Shown: positions 47,850 through 60,020, numbered from the stretch's first letter. The stretch is DNA of 64,000 bases from an uncultured Actinomycetes bacterium (GCA_963756925.1 CAVWPL010000006.1:38020-102019), one strand, 5' to 3'. Made by a program: numbers and translations. Notes: generated by a model not told the origin, from the letters alone.

Positions 47850-47963
47850 GTGTTCGGGTTGATCGTCATCACGCTCTTGCTGCTCGTGGGGCCACTTGCC
47901 TATCTCGGAGGAGCAGACTCACGCATCGACGACGTCGACCGGCGACGTCGTCAACGCGACTGA
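47850..47963 (+). CDS. possible 37-aa single-pass membrane peptide with Arg-rich tail
   Basis: Own translation from GTG 47850: MFGLIVITLLLLVGPLAYLGGADSRIDDVDRRRRQRD, stop at 47961-47963. It lies in the thiolase-hbd gap. The layout matches the 10698..10811 peptide. Support is weak. Confidence 0.2.
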   Translation: MFGLIVITLLLLVGPLAYLGGADSRIDDVDRRRRQRD

Positions 47964-48008
47964 AGAAGCTCCTGCGTGCACGCTCGCGCGCAGCTAGGAT
48001 CGCGCGTC

Positions 48009-48873
48009 GTGAGCGCGCCAGAGATCCGCACCGTGGGGGTCGTCGGACTCGGCGCGATGGGCGCCGGGATCGCGCAACTCGCGATTCAGGCGGGCTACAA
48101 GACGATCGGCCACGAGATCACCGACGAGCTCGGCGTTGCTGCTCGCGAGCGGATCTCTCACTTCATCGGGCGCAGGGTCGACAAGGCGCAGATGACGGCC
48201 GCCGAGAGTGACGACGCGCTCGGACGTCTGAGCAGCACGACCGACCTCTCCGACCTCGCCGACTGCGATCTCGTGATCGAGGCGATCGTCGAGGACCTCG
48301 AGTCCAAGACGCGTGCTGTTCGGCGAGCTCGAGCACGTCACGAGGACGGACGCGATTCTCGCGACGAACACATCGGCGTTGTCCGTCACCGAGATCGCAG
48401 CAGCGGTCTCGTCGCCTGAGCGTGTCATCGGGATGCACTTCTTCAATCCGGCGCCTCTCATGCCGCTCGTCGAGATCGTCCGCGCCGAGCTTTCGGCCGA
48501 TGCAGCTCTCGAGGCGGCGTACGAGGTCGGAGTGCGCATGGGAAAGAAGCCGATCCGGTGCCACGACACACCGGGCTTCGTCGTGAACAGAGTTCTCATC
48601 CCGCTTCTGAACGACTGCCTTCGGGTGCTGGACGAGGCAAGGATCACGCCGGAGGATCTCGACACGGCCATGACCTCCGGAGCGGGCTGGCCGATGGGGC
48701 CGTGCACGCTCGTCGATCTCGTCGGAATCGACGTTCACGTTCATGCGTCAGAGGCGCTGTACGAGAAGCTGCGCGAGCCCCGAATGGCGCCGCCTCCGCG
48801 CATCGTTGCGATGAGGAACGCCGGCCTCCTCGGACGAAAGAGCGGCCGCGGCTTCTACTCGTACGACGCCTGA
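48009..48873 (+). CDS. 3-hydroxyacyl-CoA / 3-hydroxybutyryl-CoA dehydrogenase (frame broken near 48310)
   Basis: Rossmann motif VGVVGLGAMGAGIA and LVIEAIVEDLESK (frame of 47976) join VLFGELEHV...ILATNTSALS...GMHFFNPAPLMPLVEIV...DTPGFVVNRVL (ORF 48313..48873). TAGGAT at 47995-48000 lies 8 nt upstream of the GTG at 48009. Confidence 0.88.
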
Positions 48874-49075
48874 TCGAGGTCGCTCTCGGAGAGTGGGCTC
48901 CGCGCCCGAGGGAGGAAGCAGACGGGGTGCCGGCGAAGCGTGGGTGGCGGGAAGAAGCCCCAGCACGCCGTCCTGAGACCTCAACCGACCTGCCGCCACC
49001 TTGTGACCGCTAACACTCTCCTTACACGCTTCTCACGGGCGACACACTCACGATCCCGATACTGAGCGTGGAGCA

Positions 49076-49624
49076 ATGCGGAGGCTCATCCTTCTTGTGT
49101 GCCTAGGGGCCGTATCGGCGGTACTCGTCGGTGCTGCCCGTGGCGCAGAGCCTGAGGTGGGCAGGCTGTCCGTCGAGCGCGGCAAGGGCAACGTCATGCT
49201 GGACGTGCGCGGAGCGGTGCTCGGTCGGCTCACCAACGGATCCATCACGGTCACGGACCGCTCGCCGAACGATCCGTACGTGGCGACCGTGACCGGTCGA
49301 CGGTTGGCCGCTCAGCGTCGCCTCGGTCCGGCAAAGGTCTTGTACAGAGGACAGGGACTGCGCTTCCGCATGCTCGGTGGGAGCTACCGAATCGTCATCC
49401 ACGGCTCGGGCATCGCTCTCTCGGTGGTGGGCCGAGGCGTCGTTTCACTCGATGGGGAGCCGCGAGCGACCGGGGACGACGTCGGTGTCTACTCCCTCGA
49501 CAGCGTCGACTGCGGACTCGAACCCCAGAACTGCGAGCCGATTCCCGAGGATCCGCTACGCCTGAAGCTCGAGAACCCCGTCGAGGAGCCCGAGCCAGCT
49601 CGGACGGGGTCGGGCACGAAATGA
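49076..49624 (+). CDS. secreted hypothetical protein co-transcribed with a two-component system
   Basis: GGAG lies 4 nt upstream of the ATG. Signal peptide: MRRLILLVCLGAVSAVLVGAARGA. The beta-rich body contains CGLEPQNC. The stop overlaps the regulator start (ATGA at 49621-49624). Confidence 0.55.
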   Translation: MRRLILLVCLGAVSAVLVGAARGAEPEVGRLSVERGKGNVMLDVRGAVLGRLTNGSITVTDRSPNDPYVATVTGRRLAAQRRLGPAKVLYRGQGLRFRMLGGSYRIVIHGSGIALSVVGRGVVSLDGEPRATGDDVGVYSLDSVDCGLEPQNCEPIPEDPLRLKLENPVEEPEPARTGSGTK

Positions 49625-50323
49625 CGCAACACACGATCTTGGTGGTCGAGGACGAGACGTCGATCGCGTCGTTCGTCGCCGCGTATCTGAGAAACGCCGG
49701 GCTACGTGGTCAGGACGGCAGCGACGTCGCAGGCAGCGCTGATCGATGTCGCCTCCGAGATTCCTTCGCTCATCATTCTCGACCTCAACCTCCCGGACGG
49801 TGACGGCGTCGAGCTGTGTCGCCGGATCCGCAAGAGCTCCGACGTTCCGATTCTGATGCTGACCGCCCGCGACGAGGACGTCGACAAGATCATCGGTCTC
49901 GAGGTCGGTGCCGACGATTACATGACGAAGCCGTTCAACCCGCGCGAGCTCGTGGCTCGCGTGAAGAGCGTATTGCGCCGTGCGGCGCCAGAGCGCCGTC
50001 GCGCAGAGAATGCCGAGCTGGCGCACGGCGAGCTCGTCATCAATTCCGGCAAGCGGGAGGTCTATGTCGGCGACGACGAGGTGCGGCTGGCACCGAAGGA
50101 GTTCGACCTGCTGTGGGAGCTCCTCGACCACAGAGGGATCGTCCTCACACGTGATCAGCTGCTCGAACGCGTCTGGGGCTATACGTTCGCCGGTGATACG
50201 CGGACGGTGGATGTCCACGTACGCCAGATCCGGCGCAAACTGGGCGATGCGTCGCCGATCGTCACGGTCTGGGGCGTCGGGTACAAGGTGGCGTCCGATC
50301 GCACGCCGACCGTGGCCGCGTAA
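49621..50323 (+). CDS. OmpR/PhoB family response regulator (frame broken near 49698)
   Basis: MTQHTILVVEDETSIASFVAAYLRNAG joins VVRTAATSQAALIDV...LIILDLNLPDGDG...LMLTARD...GADDYMTKPF...VDVHVRQIRRKL...VWGVGYKV (ORF 49706..50323). All canonical phospho-acceptor residues are present. Confidence 0.88.
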
Positions 50324-50353
50324 CGACGCAGGAAAGACGTACCCTGGGCCAAC

Positions 50354-51761
50354 ATGCTCGGGTCGCTCCGCTTCCGCCTGACGGCCCTCTTTCTGACCGC
50401 CGTCCTCGTCTTCGGCCTCGTCTCGATCGGATTGGCTGTGCGCCTGTTCCAGGACGTCACGCGCTCCCAGTCCATCAAGGAGCTGAAACGCGAAGCCGAG
50501 GGGCTTGCGGCGCTCTACGCAGAGTCTGCGATCCAGTCGAGTGACGAGGGCACGAAGGCGCCCGAGTTCGCTGCCAAGACACTCGAGCAGGCAACCGGGG
50601 ACGAGCTCTTCTACGTCGGTGCATCCTTGTTCCCAGGGCAACGGTTCGGCCTCGAGCGGATTCTGCGCAGCGCGCTCGGAGACGTGCAGTTGGAGCGCGA
50701 TCGCCTGGTGACGTTCGAGTTCACGCCGCCGGGTGACGACCGCAAGCTTCTCGCGGCGGCACAACCCGTTCGGCTCGCCAGTGGCAGCGAACCGTTCGGC
50801 TGGTTGCTCGTGGCAAAGCCGGTGACGGCGCTTCGGGAGCAGTGGCTGACGCTGCTGGGGCGTCTCGCCCTGGCTCTGGCCGCCGGCGTGGCACTTGCGG
50901 GCGTTCTCTTCTGGTGGCTGTCGCGGAGGCTCACAGAGCCCGTGCTCGGCCTAACCCGCGCGACCGAGCACGTCGCGGCTGGCCGATACGACGTCGAGAT
51001 TCCCCCCGGACGTGGGAGCGACGAGATCTCGTTGCTCACGGATCGGTTCCGGGGGATGGTCGAGAAACTCTCCGAGAACGAGACGACTCAAGCGCTCGTT
51101 CTTGATGTCCGTAACCCACGAGTTGCGCACGCCACTGACGGCGATCCGTGGTCACGTCGAGGCGCTTCGGGAAGGTGTTGTCGCTGGTCCAGATCAGGTT
51201 GCCGGATCACTCGAGATCATTGCTCTCGAGACGGATCGCCTCGAGCGCCTTGTCGGCGACGTCCTCGACCTGGCCAAGCTCCAGGCGCACCGCTTCACCG
51301 TCCGCCACGAGGAAGTCGACATGAGCCGCGTGGTCGATCAGGCATTCGGGGCGTTCACCGAGGAAGCGCGTCGACGTGAGATCGATTACCGCGTCGAGGC
51401 GAACGGCGAGGCACCGGTCATCGTGTCCGACGGTGACCGCGTGCTCCAGGTGATCTCGAATCTGCTCTCGAATGCGTTCAGGTGGACTCCCGATGGCGGC
51501 CGAATCGAGCTCCAACTCGAAGCCACGAACGGCTCCGTCGAGGTCGACGTCGTGGACTCCGGGCCGGGTATTCCGCCCGAGCAGAGGGAGCGCATCTTTC
51601 AGGCGTTCATCTCACATGACATCGACGGCACCGGGCTCGGGCTCCCAATCGCGCGTGAGCTTGCCGTGGCGCTGGGGGGTCGGATCGAGCTCGAGTCGCG
51701 CCCCGGAAGCGGGAGCCGCTTCCGACTCGTCTTGCCCGTCGCTCTGAGCTCGTCGTCGTGA
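50354..51761 (+). CDS. sensor histidine kinase (frame broken near 51082)
   Basis: TM1, an extracytoplasmic region of about 150 aa, TM2 (LALALAAGVALAGVLFWWL) and a HAMP region. The frame then changes into SFLMSVTHELRTPLTAIRGH (H-box), SNLLSNAFRWTP (N-box), and DSGPGIP and GTGLGLPIA (G-boxes). Confidence 0.85.
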
Positions 51762-51921
51762 GGCGCCGACGGGTCGCGTCAGGCCGCCGCAGCGGCGCGG
51801 TCCGCACCGTTCTGCCCGGTGCCGGCCCGCTCGACGATCGCGTCCGCCTGACTGCCTTGTGCGGGGAAACCTGGCCCGAACGTTGTCGGCGGGGCTGACT
51901 CCGGGGTGCTGGAGTCCGGTG

Positions 51922-52320
51922 TTACGGGTTCGTGAGTATCGGGCTCCGATCACGGCGGGCGCGGCGTCATCGTCGTCCTCGGCGACGAGGCTCTCAACAA
52001 GCCCATCGAGCGACGCGGACGTCTCGGCGTGGGCATCCTCGATTCGAGCGAGTCGCCGGTCGACACCCCGCCAACCTGAGCTGACCGAGGTCGACCAAGA
52101 GCGCAAGATCGTCCACGCGTGCGCTCCGCTCTGCGAGCAACTCGCCTTCGATTCGCTCGAGGCGGCGGATTGCCTGATTGAAGAGCCCTCGAATCTCTGC
52201 GATGTGTCGCGCGACCGGAAGCACTTCGCTGCGAAGACCGTCGCGAACAGCGTGTCCGACCTGTGCCGGAATCGACGCCTCGAGCTCGGCGGCAGTGGCC
52301 GCGAGCGCCTCGATCTGCAC
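51922..52320 (-). CDS. hypothetical coiled-coil protein; frame broken, 3' end uncertain
   Basis: MQIEALAATAAELEASIPAQ...RRLERIEGELLAERSARVDDLALLVDLG (ORF 51994..52320) appears to continue as GWRGVDRRLARIEDAHAETSASLDGLVESLVAEDDDD in the frame of ORF 51612..52106. Reading on to 51612 would overlap the kinase gene by 150 nt, so an earlier stop is assumed. Confidence 0.3.
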
Positions 52321-52450
52321 GTCTGGACCGGTCGAGCGCGACGCTCAGGTCGGCAGGGTGCGGGTGCCCATCAGCGGCCGCAGCTATTCGTTGCTTCGCT
52401 CGGTCGAGAGCAGATTCATCCATGGGCGGCGAGGCTACCCTCACCATCGG

Positions 52451-53392
52451 ATGGACACATCTCTCCTCGCCTACGACCTCCCGACCGAGCTCATCGCCCA
52501 ATCTCCGATCGAACCGCGCGACGCTTCGCGACTCCTCGTCTTTCGGAAATCGCCCGGGACGATCGAGCACCGAGTGTTCGCCGAGCTTCCAGAGATCCTC
52601 GGGGGCGAGCTCGCCGTGCTCAACGACTCGCGCGTCGTATCAGGTCGTCTTCGGCTCACTCGCTCGTCGGGAGGTGGGGTCGAGGTGCTTCTCGTCGAGC
52701 GGCTTGACGATGACGGACTGTGGGAGGGTCTTGCGCGCCCGTCGCGCCGACTGCGTGTCGGCGAACGACTCGGCCCTGTCGAGCTCGTCGAGCACCTCGG
52801 CGACGGGCGCTGGGTCGTTCGGCTCGAGGGGGAGCCCACCGGGGACACTCCGCTGCCTCCGTACATCCACGAGCCGCTCCGCAACGCCGATCGGTATCAA
52901 ACGGTGTACGCGAGAGACCCCGGGTCCGCTGCCGCGCCGACGGCAGGACTGCACTTCACGAACGAGCTCCTTCGTCGGCTCGAGCATGTGAGCGTCACAC
53001 TGCACGTCGGTCTGGACACGTTCCGGCCGGTCGACGAGCAGCGCCTCGAGGATCACGTGATCCACGGTGAGCGCTATCGCGTCGAGCCCGATGCATGGGC
53101 GCGTATCGAGCACGCCGACCGCGTGCTCGCGGTGGGGACGACCTGCGTTCGCGTGCTCGAGACCGTCGCACGCACTCACGAGCTCCGCGGTCGTACCACT
53201 GCATTCGTGACTCCCGGGTTCGAGTTTCGGCGGGTCGACGCACTGCTCACGAACTTCCATCTCCCGCGCTCGACGCTGCTCGCGCTCGTCATGGCCTTTG
53301 CAGGAGTCGACACCGTTCGTGAGCTGTACTCGGTTGCGATTGCCGAGCGGTACCGGTTCTACTCCTTCGGTGACGCGATGCTCATCCTCTAG
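52451..53392 (+). CDS. queA: S-adenosylmethionine:tRNA ribosyltransferase-isomerase QueA
   Basis: Internal ATG 52451 of ORF 52178..53392. Motifs: LLAYDLPTELIAQSPIEPRDASRLLV, LPPYI, RYQTVYA, AAPTAGLHFT, LHVGLDTFRPV, TNFHLPRSTLL. Confidence 0.9.
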   Translation: MDTSLLAYDLPTELIAQSPIEPRDASRLLVFRKSPGTIEHRVFAELPEILGGELAVLNDSRVVSGRLRLTRSSGGGVEVLLVERLDDDGLWEGLARPSRRLRVGERLGPVELVEHLGDGRWVVRLEGEPTGDTPLPPYIHEPLRNADRYQTVYARDPGSAAAPTAGLHFTNELLRRLEHVSVTLHVGLDTFRPVDEQRLEDHVIHGERYRVEPDAWARIEHADRVLAVGTTCVRVLETVARTHELRGRTTAFVTPGFEFRRVDALLTNFHLPRSTLLALVMAFAGVDTVRELYSVAIAERYRFYSFGDAMLIL

Positions 53393-53467
53393 CGGCGTGG
53401 TACCTCCCGCGCGTTGTCACGGTTTCGTCACGATCACGATCACCATGCGTGAAGAGTTCGCCGATAG

Positions 53468-55080
<1,613 letters not shown>

Positions 55081-55095
55081 CCTGGCGCGCCGACA

Positions 55096-57873
55096 GTGAA
55101 TCGACGCTCATCCCTTCTCGTTGTTGGGTTTCTCGTCGCCGCACTCATCGGCGTGGCGCTGCTCGCCGTCCCCGGGTCGCCGATTCGCCAGGAGCCGACG
55201 CTAGGGCTCGATCTCCAGGGCGGCCTGGAGGTCACCCTGCAGGCGGTTCCACCTCCGAATCGAGACCTGACCCAGGAAGACCTCGATCGCTCGGTCGAGA
55301 TCATGCGGAGCCGCGTCGACCGACTCGGTGTCACTGAGCCCGAGATCCGTACGCAAGGCGACGACCAGATCGTCATCCAGCTGCCGGGGATCAGCGATCC
55401 GGAAGCCGCCGCGGAGATCATCGGCAAGACCGCGCAGCTCGAGCTCTACGATCTCGAGACCTCGCTCACGGGACCGTCGATCTCCATCCAGGGCCAGCCG
55501 GTGGAGTTCGCGTCGCTGTACGACTTGCTCGTTCGAGTCCAGGCCCAGGCGTCGCAGGGTACGCCGGACGCCTACTACGTCTTCAACTCCAAGACGAAGC
55601 GCATCGTCGAGGGGCCATTCGACGAGAAGAGCGAGGCCGACAAGGTTGCCGCGAAGCGCCCGGACGTGCGGGAGGTTCTCGCTGTCCCGGAGGGCATGGT
55701 GGTGGTGACGTGCGGGGTCGGCGCCGTCGTCTGCCCCGGTGCCGGGGGAGCCGGCGTCGCCCCGGATCGGACGTACTACTACCTCTTCAAGTACGACCCG
55801 CCGGACATCCCCCAGATGACGGGTGAGGATCTCAAGCTCGAGGGCACGCGCGCGGACTTCGATACCAGCCCCGGGGGCGGCGGTCGCGCGATCGTGAGCA
55901 TGGAGTTCACGGGTCGCGGCGCGGACAGGTTCGAGCAGATCACGCGGGACGAGTGGACGCGCGGGCGACTGAAGCAGTCTCCGCAGCACTTCGCGATCGT
56001 CCTCGACCGCGAGATCCGAACGTTCCCACAGATCGACTTCACGGACTCGAGCCTCGCCGGCGGTATCGGCGGCGGCAGGGCCCAGATCGAGGGTCTCGAC
56101 TCGTTCAACGAGGCCAAGGAGATCGCGATCGTGCTGCAGACGGGCGCCTTGCCCGTCAACTTCGAGACGCTCGACCGGACCGACATATCCGCGACGCTCG
56201 GACAGGACTCGCTCGATGAAGCGAAGCGCGCCGCGATCGGCGGCCTCCTGCTCGTCGCGATCTTCCTCCTCATCTTCTACCGCGTCCTCGGCCTGGTGGC
56301 CGTCGCGGGACTCGTCATCTACGCGGCGTTCCTGTACGCGACGATTCTGCTCTTCAACGTCACGTTGACGCTGCCCGGCTTTGCAGGGCTCGTGCTGACG
56401 TTCGGCGTCGCTGCCGACGCGAACATCGTCATCTTCGAACGGATCAAGGAGGAAGTACGCGCCGGTAGATCGGTGCGTGCTGCGATTTCACAGGGGTACA
56501 AGAAGGGGTTCGCCACGATCGTCGACGCGAACGTGGTGACAGCGATCACGGCCATGGTGCTCTTCGCGGTCGCAACGGCGAGCGTTCGGGGCTTTGCGCT
56601 CATGCTGTTGATCGGAACCGCCCTGTCGATGTTGACCGCGGTCCTCGCGACGCGCGCGATTCTCGCGCTGTTCGGCGGCTTCGGCTGGCTCGAGAACCCA
56701 AGGGTCATGGGTGCTACCGGTCAGGGGATTCCGAGCTGGATGCGCCTCGACTACATCGGCATGCGCCGGATCTGGTTCGCCTTCTCGGGACTCGTCGTCG
56801 CGATCTCGATCGGGGCAATCGCCGTGAACGGCCTCAATCTCGGCATCGACTTCGAGGGCGGAACGCAGATCACGTTCCGAACACCGCAGCCGACCGCACT
56901 CGAGACGGTGCGCCAGGAGGCGGCCGGGATCGGTCAGGCGGGCGCGGTGATCCAGGGGCGCGGCACGTCCGTAGACGACAAGTACACGAGCTTCCAGATC
57001 AGGACGGAGTCGCTGACGGTCGGGGAGCAGAACCTGCTCCAGGACGACCTCGCGCAGGCGGTCGGTGCGACGGCGTTCGGTGCCAAGAACGTCTCGGAGA
57101 GCTTCGGTCGGCAGATCGCGAACTCGGCGCTCTTCGCCATCTTCGCGAGCTTGCTCCTCATCGTCATCTACATCTCCGTGCGGTTTCAGTGGAAGTACTC
57201 GATCGGCGTCCTCGTTGCGCTCGCGCATGACGTGATCATCACCGTCGGTGTCTACGCACTCACGGGGCGGGAGGTCACGACTGCCACCGTTGCCGCGGTT
57301 CTCACCGTTCTCGGGTACTCGATCTACGACACGATCATCATCTTCGACCGTATCCGCGAGAACGTTCCGCTGATGCGCCGTGCGTCGTTCCGCGTGATCG
57401 GGAACGTCTCGCTCTGGGAGGTTCTGCCACGCTCGCTCGCGACGACGTTCATCACGCTGCTACCTGTCGCTTCTCTCTGGGCCTTCGGTGGTGACACGCT
57501 GAAGGACTTCGCGTTCGCACTGCTGGTCGGGATCGGCTTCGGTGCCTACTCCTCGATCTTCCTCGCCGCCCCGCTGGTGGCGGTTCTCAAGCAGCGCGAG
57601 CCGGAGTTCGCCCGACGGCGGGACGATCTCGGTGCGCTCGAGGGTGTTGCTTCCGTCGGTGGAACGCTCGCCGCGGAGGCCGAGGAGATCGCGGCAGGTG
57701 GAAATGGCTCCGGCGACTCCGAGCAGATTCTCGACGAAGAGGAGCTCGAGCCTCTGCCAGCGCCGGCGCCCCCAACCGGTCTCGGCTCGCCCGCGCCGAC
57801 GGCGGCATCATCGTCCAAGCGAGAACGTCGTCGACAGCGGCGTGCCTCGAGGCCGCATGGCCGATCGCGCTAA
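55096..57873 (+). CDS. secDF: fused protein-export membrane protein SecDF
   Basis: 925-aa ORF. SecD-like N-terminus LGLDLQGGLEVTLQA and first 6-TM block. A second periplasmic domain and 6-TM block (SecF-like: GIDFEGGTQITF...YDTIIIFDRIREN) follow. The C-terminal tail is basic. Confidence 0.92.
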   Translation: MNRRSSLLVVGFLVAALIGVALLAVPGSPIRQEPTLGLDLQGGLEVTLQAVPPPNRDLTQEDLDRSVEIMRSRVDRLGVTEPEIRTQGDDQIVIQLPGISDPEAAAEIIGKTAQLELYDLETSLTGPSISIQGQPVEFASLYDLLVRVQAQASQGTPDAYYVFNSKTKRIVEGPFDEKSEADKVAAKRPDVREVLAVPEGMVVVTCGVGAVVCPGAGGAGVAPDRTYYYLFKYDPPDIPQMTGEDLKLEGTRADFDTSPGGGGRAIVSMEFTGRGADRFEQITRDEWTRGRLKQSPQHFAIVLDREIRTFPQIDFTDSSLAGGIGGGRAQIEGLDSFNEAKEIAIVLQTGALPVNFETLDRTDISATLGQDSLDEAKRAAIGGLLLVAIFLLIFYRVLGLVAVAGLVIYAAFLYATILLFNVTLTLPGFAGLVLTFGVAADANIVIFERIKEEVRAGRSVRAAISQGYKKGFATIVDANVVTAITAMVLFAVATASVRGFALMLLIGTALSMLTAVLATRAILALFGGFGWLENPRVMGATGQGIPSWMRLDYIGMRRIWFAFSGLVVAISIGAIAVNGLNLGIDFEGGTQITFRTPQPTALETVRQEAAGIGQAGAVIQGRGTSVDDKYTSFQIRTESLTVGEQNLLQDDLAQAVGATAFGAKNVSESFGRQIANSALFAIFASLLLIVIYISVRFQWKYSIGVLVALAHDVIITVGVYALTGREVTTATVAAVLTVLGYSIYDTIIIFDRIRENVPLMRRASFRVIGNVSLWEVLPRSLATTFITLLPVASLWAFGGDTLKDFAFALLVGIGFGAYSSIFLAAPLVAVLKQREPEFARRRDDLGALEGVASVGGTLAAEAEEIAAGGNGSGDSEQILDEEELEPLPAPAPPTGLGSPAPTAASSSKRERRRQRRASRPHGRSR

Positions 57874-58187
57874 CGGTCGCGGGCCACTCGAGACGCTGAC
57901 GCTCGCCGGAGTCGGCGCCCTCGCGCTCGCAGCGGGACGCGCGGATCAGCATTGCGGACGAGCTTGCACGCCGACTCGGTGTCGAGCGCGACGACGTGCG
58001 GGCCGCACTGGGCGACGTGCTGGAGAGCTGGCGCGCCGAAGCGCGGCGCCTCGGGGATCAGACCGGGGACGTAGCCGGCAGGTTCGCCGAGGAGCTCGGG
58101 GTCGCATCCCGGCAGGTCGTCGAGGAGCTCGAGCTCCGAGTCGCACAACTCGAGCACCGGCTGAAGCTGCTCGAGCGCTCGTACTAG
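57857..58187 (+). CDS. phasin-like small helical protein (frame broken near 57947)
   Basis: MADRANGRGPLETLTLAGVGALALAAGRADQ (frame of ORF 57542) joins IADELARRLGVERDDVRAALGDVLESWRAEARRLGDQ...ELELRVAQLEHRLKLLE (ORF 57996..58187). The start overlaps the end of secDF by 17 nt. Confidence 0.45.
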
Positions 58188-58220
58188 GGCCGCGCTACCG
58201 TCGCCCCTACAATCGGGGCC

Positions 58221-59891
58221 ATGGCCGCCCCCGAGGTGAAGCCTCCGCGGAGCCTCGGACGGCTCTCGGAGATCGCGCAGGTCGCCGCTCGACACGGGTT
58301 CGGCTACTTCTTGCGCAAGTACCGCCTCGGGGATCTGCTTCCCGGAGGCGAGCGCGCGGACGTAGAGGTCTCTGCATCGGACCGAGGCCGGCGCCTGCGG
58401 GAGATGCTCGACGAGCTCGGTCCGACCTTCGTCAAGTTCGGGCAGTTGCTGTCGACGCGACCCGACGTCGTTCCGCCGGACATCGTGGCGGAGCTACGGG
58501 GCCTCCAGGACGACGTGAGCCCCGTCGGCTTCAACCAGATCCGAGACGTGCTCGAGGCCGAGCTCGACCTCACCGTCGAGCGTGCATTTCTCGAGTTCGA
58601 TGTCGTTCCGATCGCATCGGCGTCGATCGGACAGGTGCACCGGGCCGTGCTTCCGGACGGCCAGGAGGTAGCAGTCAAGGTGCAGCGCCCGGCGGCGCCG
58701 GCGCAGATCGAGGCCGATCTCGGTCTGCTCTATCAGGCGGCGAAGCTCCTGCGTGAGCGTGTGAAGGCCCTCGAGTTCGTCGATCCCCGAGAGCTCGTCG
58801 ACGAGTTCGCACGTTCGATCCGGCTCGAGCTCGACTACGGCCACGAAGCGCGCAACGCGGAGTCGTTCTATCGCAACTTCGCCAACGACTCGCGCGTCGT
58901 CGTTCCACGTGTCATTCGCCAGTACTCATCGGCGCGCGTGCTGACGCTCGAGTACCTCCACGGGACCAAGGTGGCCGACCTCGACCTCGAGTCCATGCGA
59001 CCCGACGAGCGACGCGACGTCGTCACCCGAATGGCGGACACGTGGATGACGATGGTCTTCCGTCACGGTTTCTTTCACGCGGACCCACACCCGGCCAACA
59101 TCTTCATCCTCGACTCGGGAGAGCTCGGCCTCGTCGACTTCGGCCAGGCCGGGAAGCTCACCGGCGACGACATGGCGCATCTCACCAGGCTCTTCGTCGA
59201 CGCGGCGACGGAGAACGTCGACGCGATTCCCAGACGGCTCCGCGAGCTCGGTGTCCGCTATGCGCCCGAGCGAGAACAGGAGTTCCGGCAGGAGCTCCAG
59301 GTCCTCTTCGACCGCTACTACGGAACGCGGCTCTCGGAGGTCGATCCGATCCAGATCATTCGCGAGGGCTTCCAGCTCATCTACGCACTCAATCTCAAGC
59401 TCCCGTCGCGGTTCGTGATGCTCGACAAGGCGATCGCCACGCTCGCTTCGGTCGGCCAGGAGGTGTATCCCGAGTTCAACGTCTTCGAGGTCGCGAAGCC
59501 ATACGCGCGGAGACTGCTGACGGAGCGCTTCCATCCGCGGTTCCTCGCGCAGCAGGCTCGTACGGAGGCAATCGCGCTAGGTTCGATTGCGCGAGATCTC
59601 CCGTATCAGGTGCACGACATTCTCGAGCGTCTTCGCGACGGGACGTTCCAGGTTCACATCGAGAACCCCGGGATCGACCAGATCGACGAGCACATCGACC
59701 AGGCGTCGAACCGGCTCTCGGTCGCCCTGGTCGTCGCAGCCGGACTTCTCGGGTCCGCCATGGTCGGCGTCTTTGCGAAGGACGGCCCGCATGTGATCGG
59801 CCTCCACTTGCTCTCGTTCATCGGGTTCGTGATCTCAGGTGTCTTCGGCGTCTGGCTCATCTGGGGCATCCTGCGTCACTCGAGGCTGTAG
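58221..59891 (+). CDS. ABC1/UbiB family atypical kinase
   Basis: LGPTFVKFGQLLSTRPDVVPPDI, ASASIGQVHRA, VAVKVQRP, HGFFHADPHPANIF, GLVDFGQ. Two C-terminal transmembrane helices. Confidence 0.88.
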   Translation: MAAPEVKPPRSLGRLSEIAQVAARHGFGYFLRKYRLGDLLPGGERADVEVSASDRGRRLREMLDELGPTFVKFGQLLSTRPDVVPPDIVAELRGLQDDVSPVGFNQIRDVLEAELDLTVERAFLEFDVVPIASASIGQVHRAVLPDGQEVAVKVQRPAAPAQIEADLGLLYQAAKLLRERVKALEFVDPRELVDEFARSIRLELDYGHEARNAESFYRNFANDSRVVVPRVIRQYSSARVLTLEYLHGTKVADLDLESMRPDERRDVVTRMADTWMTMVFRHGFFHADPHPANIFILDSGELGLVDFGQAGKLTGDDMAHLTRLFVDAATENVDAIPRRLRELGVRYAPEREQEFRQELQVLFDRYYGTRLSEVDPIQIIREGFQLIYALNLKLPSRFVMLDKAIATLASVGQEVYPEFNVFEVAKPYARRLLTERFHPRFLAQQARTEAIALGSIARDLPYQVHDILERLRDGTFQVHIENPGIDQIDEHIDQASNRLSVALVVAAGLLGSAMVGVFAKDGPHVIGLHLLSFIGFVISGVFGVWLIWGILRHSRL

Positions 59892-60007
59892 GCGGTCGGT
59901 TATCTGCACTGAGGTGGGTTCACGGGCCAGGTTCGCCGCGGACGGGTGAGGAAGGCTTGTGACGAATCCGCTGCAATGGACATCTGGCGGACACCCTGAT
60001 ACGCGGC

Positions 60008-60013
60008 TAGCGT
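60008..60013 (+). promoter_or_regulatory. putative -10 hexamer TAGCGT, 7 nt upstream of the ATG at 60021
   Basis: TAGCGT at 60008-60013, spacer cgcgggc, ATG at 60021. Confidence 0.35.
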
Positions 60014-60020
60014 CGCGGGC

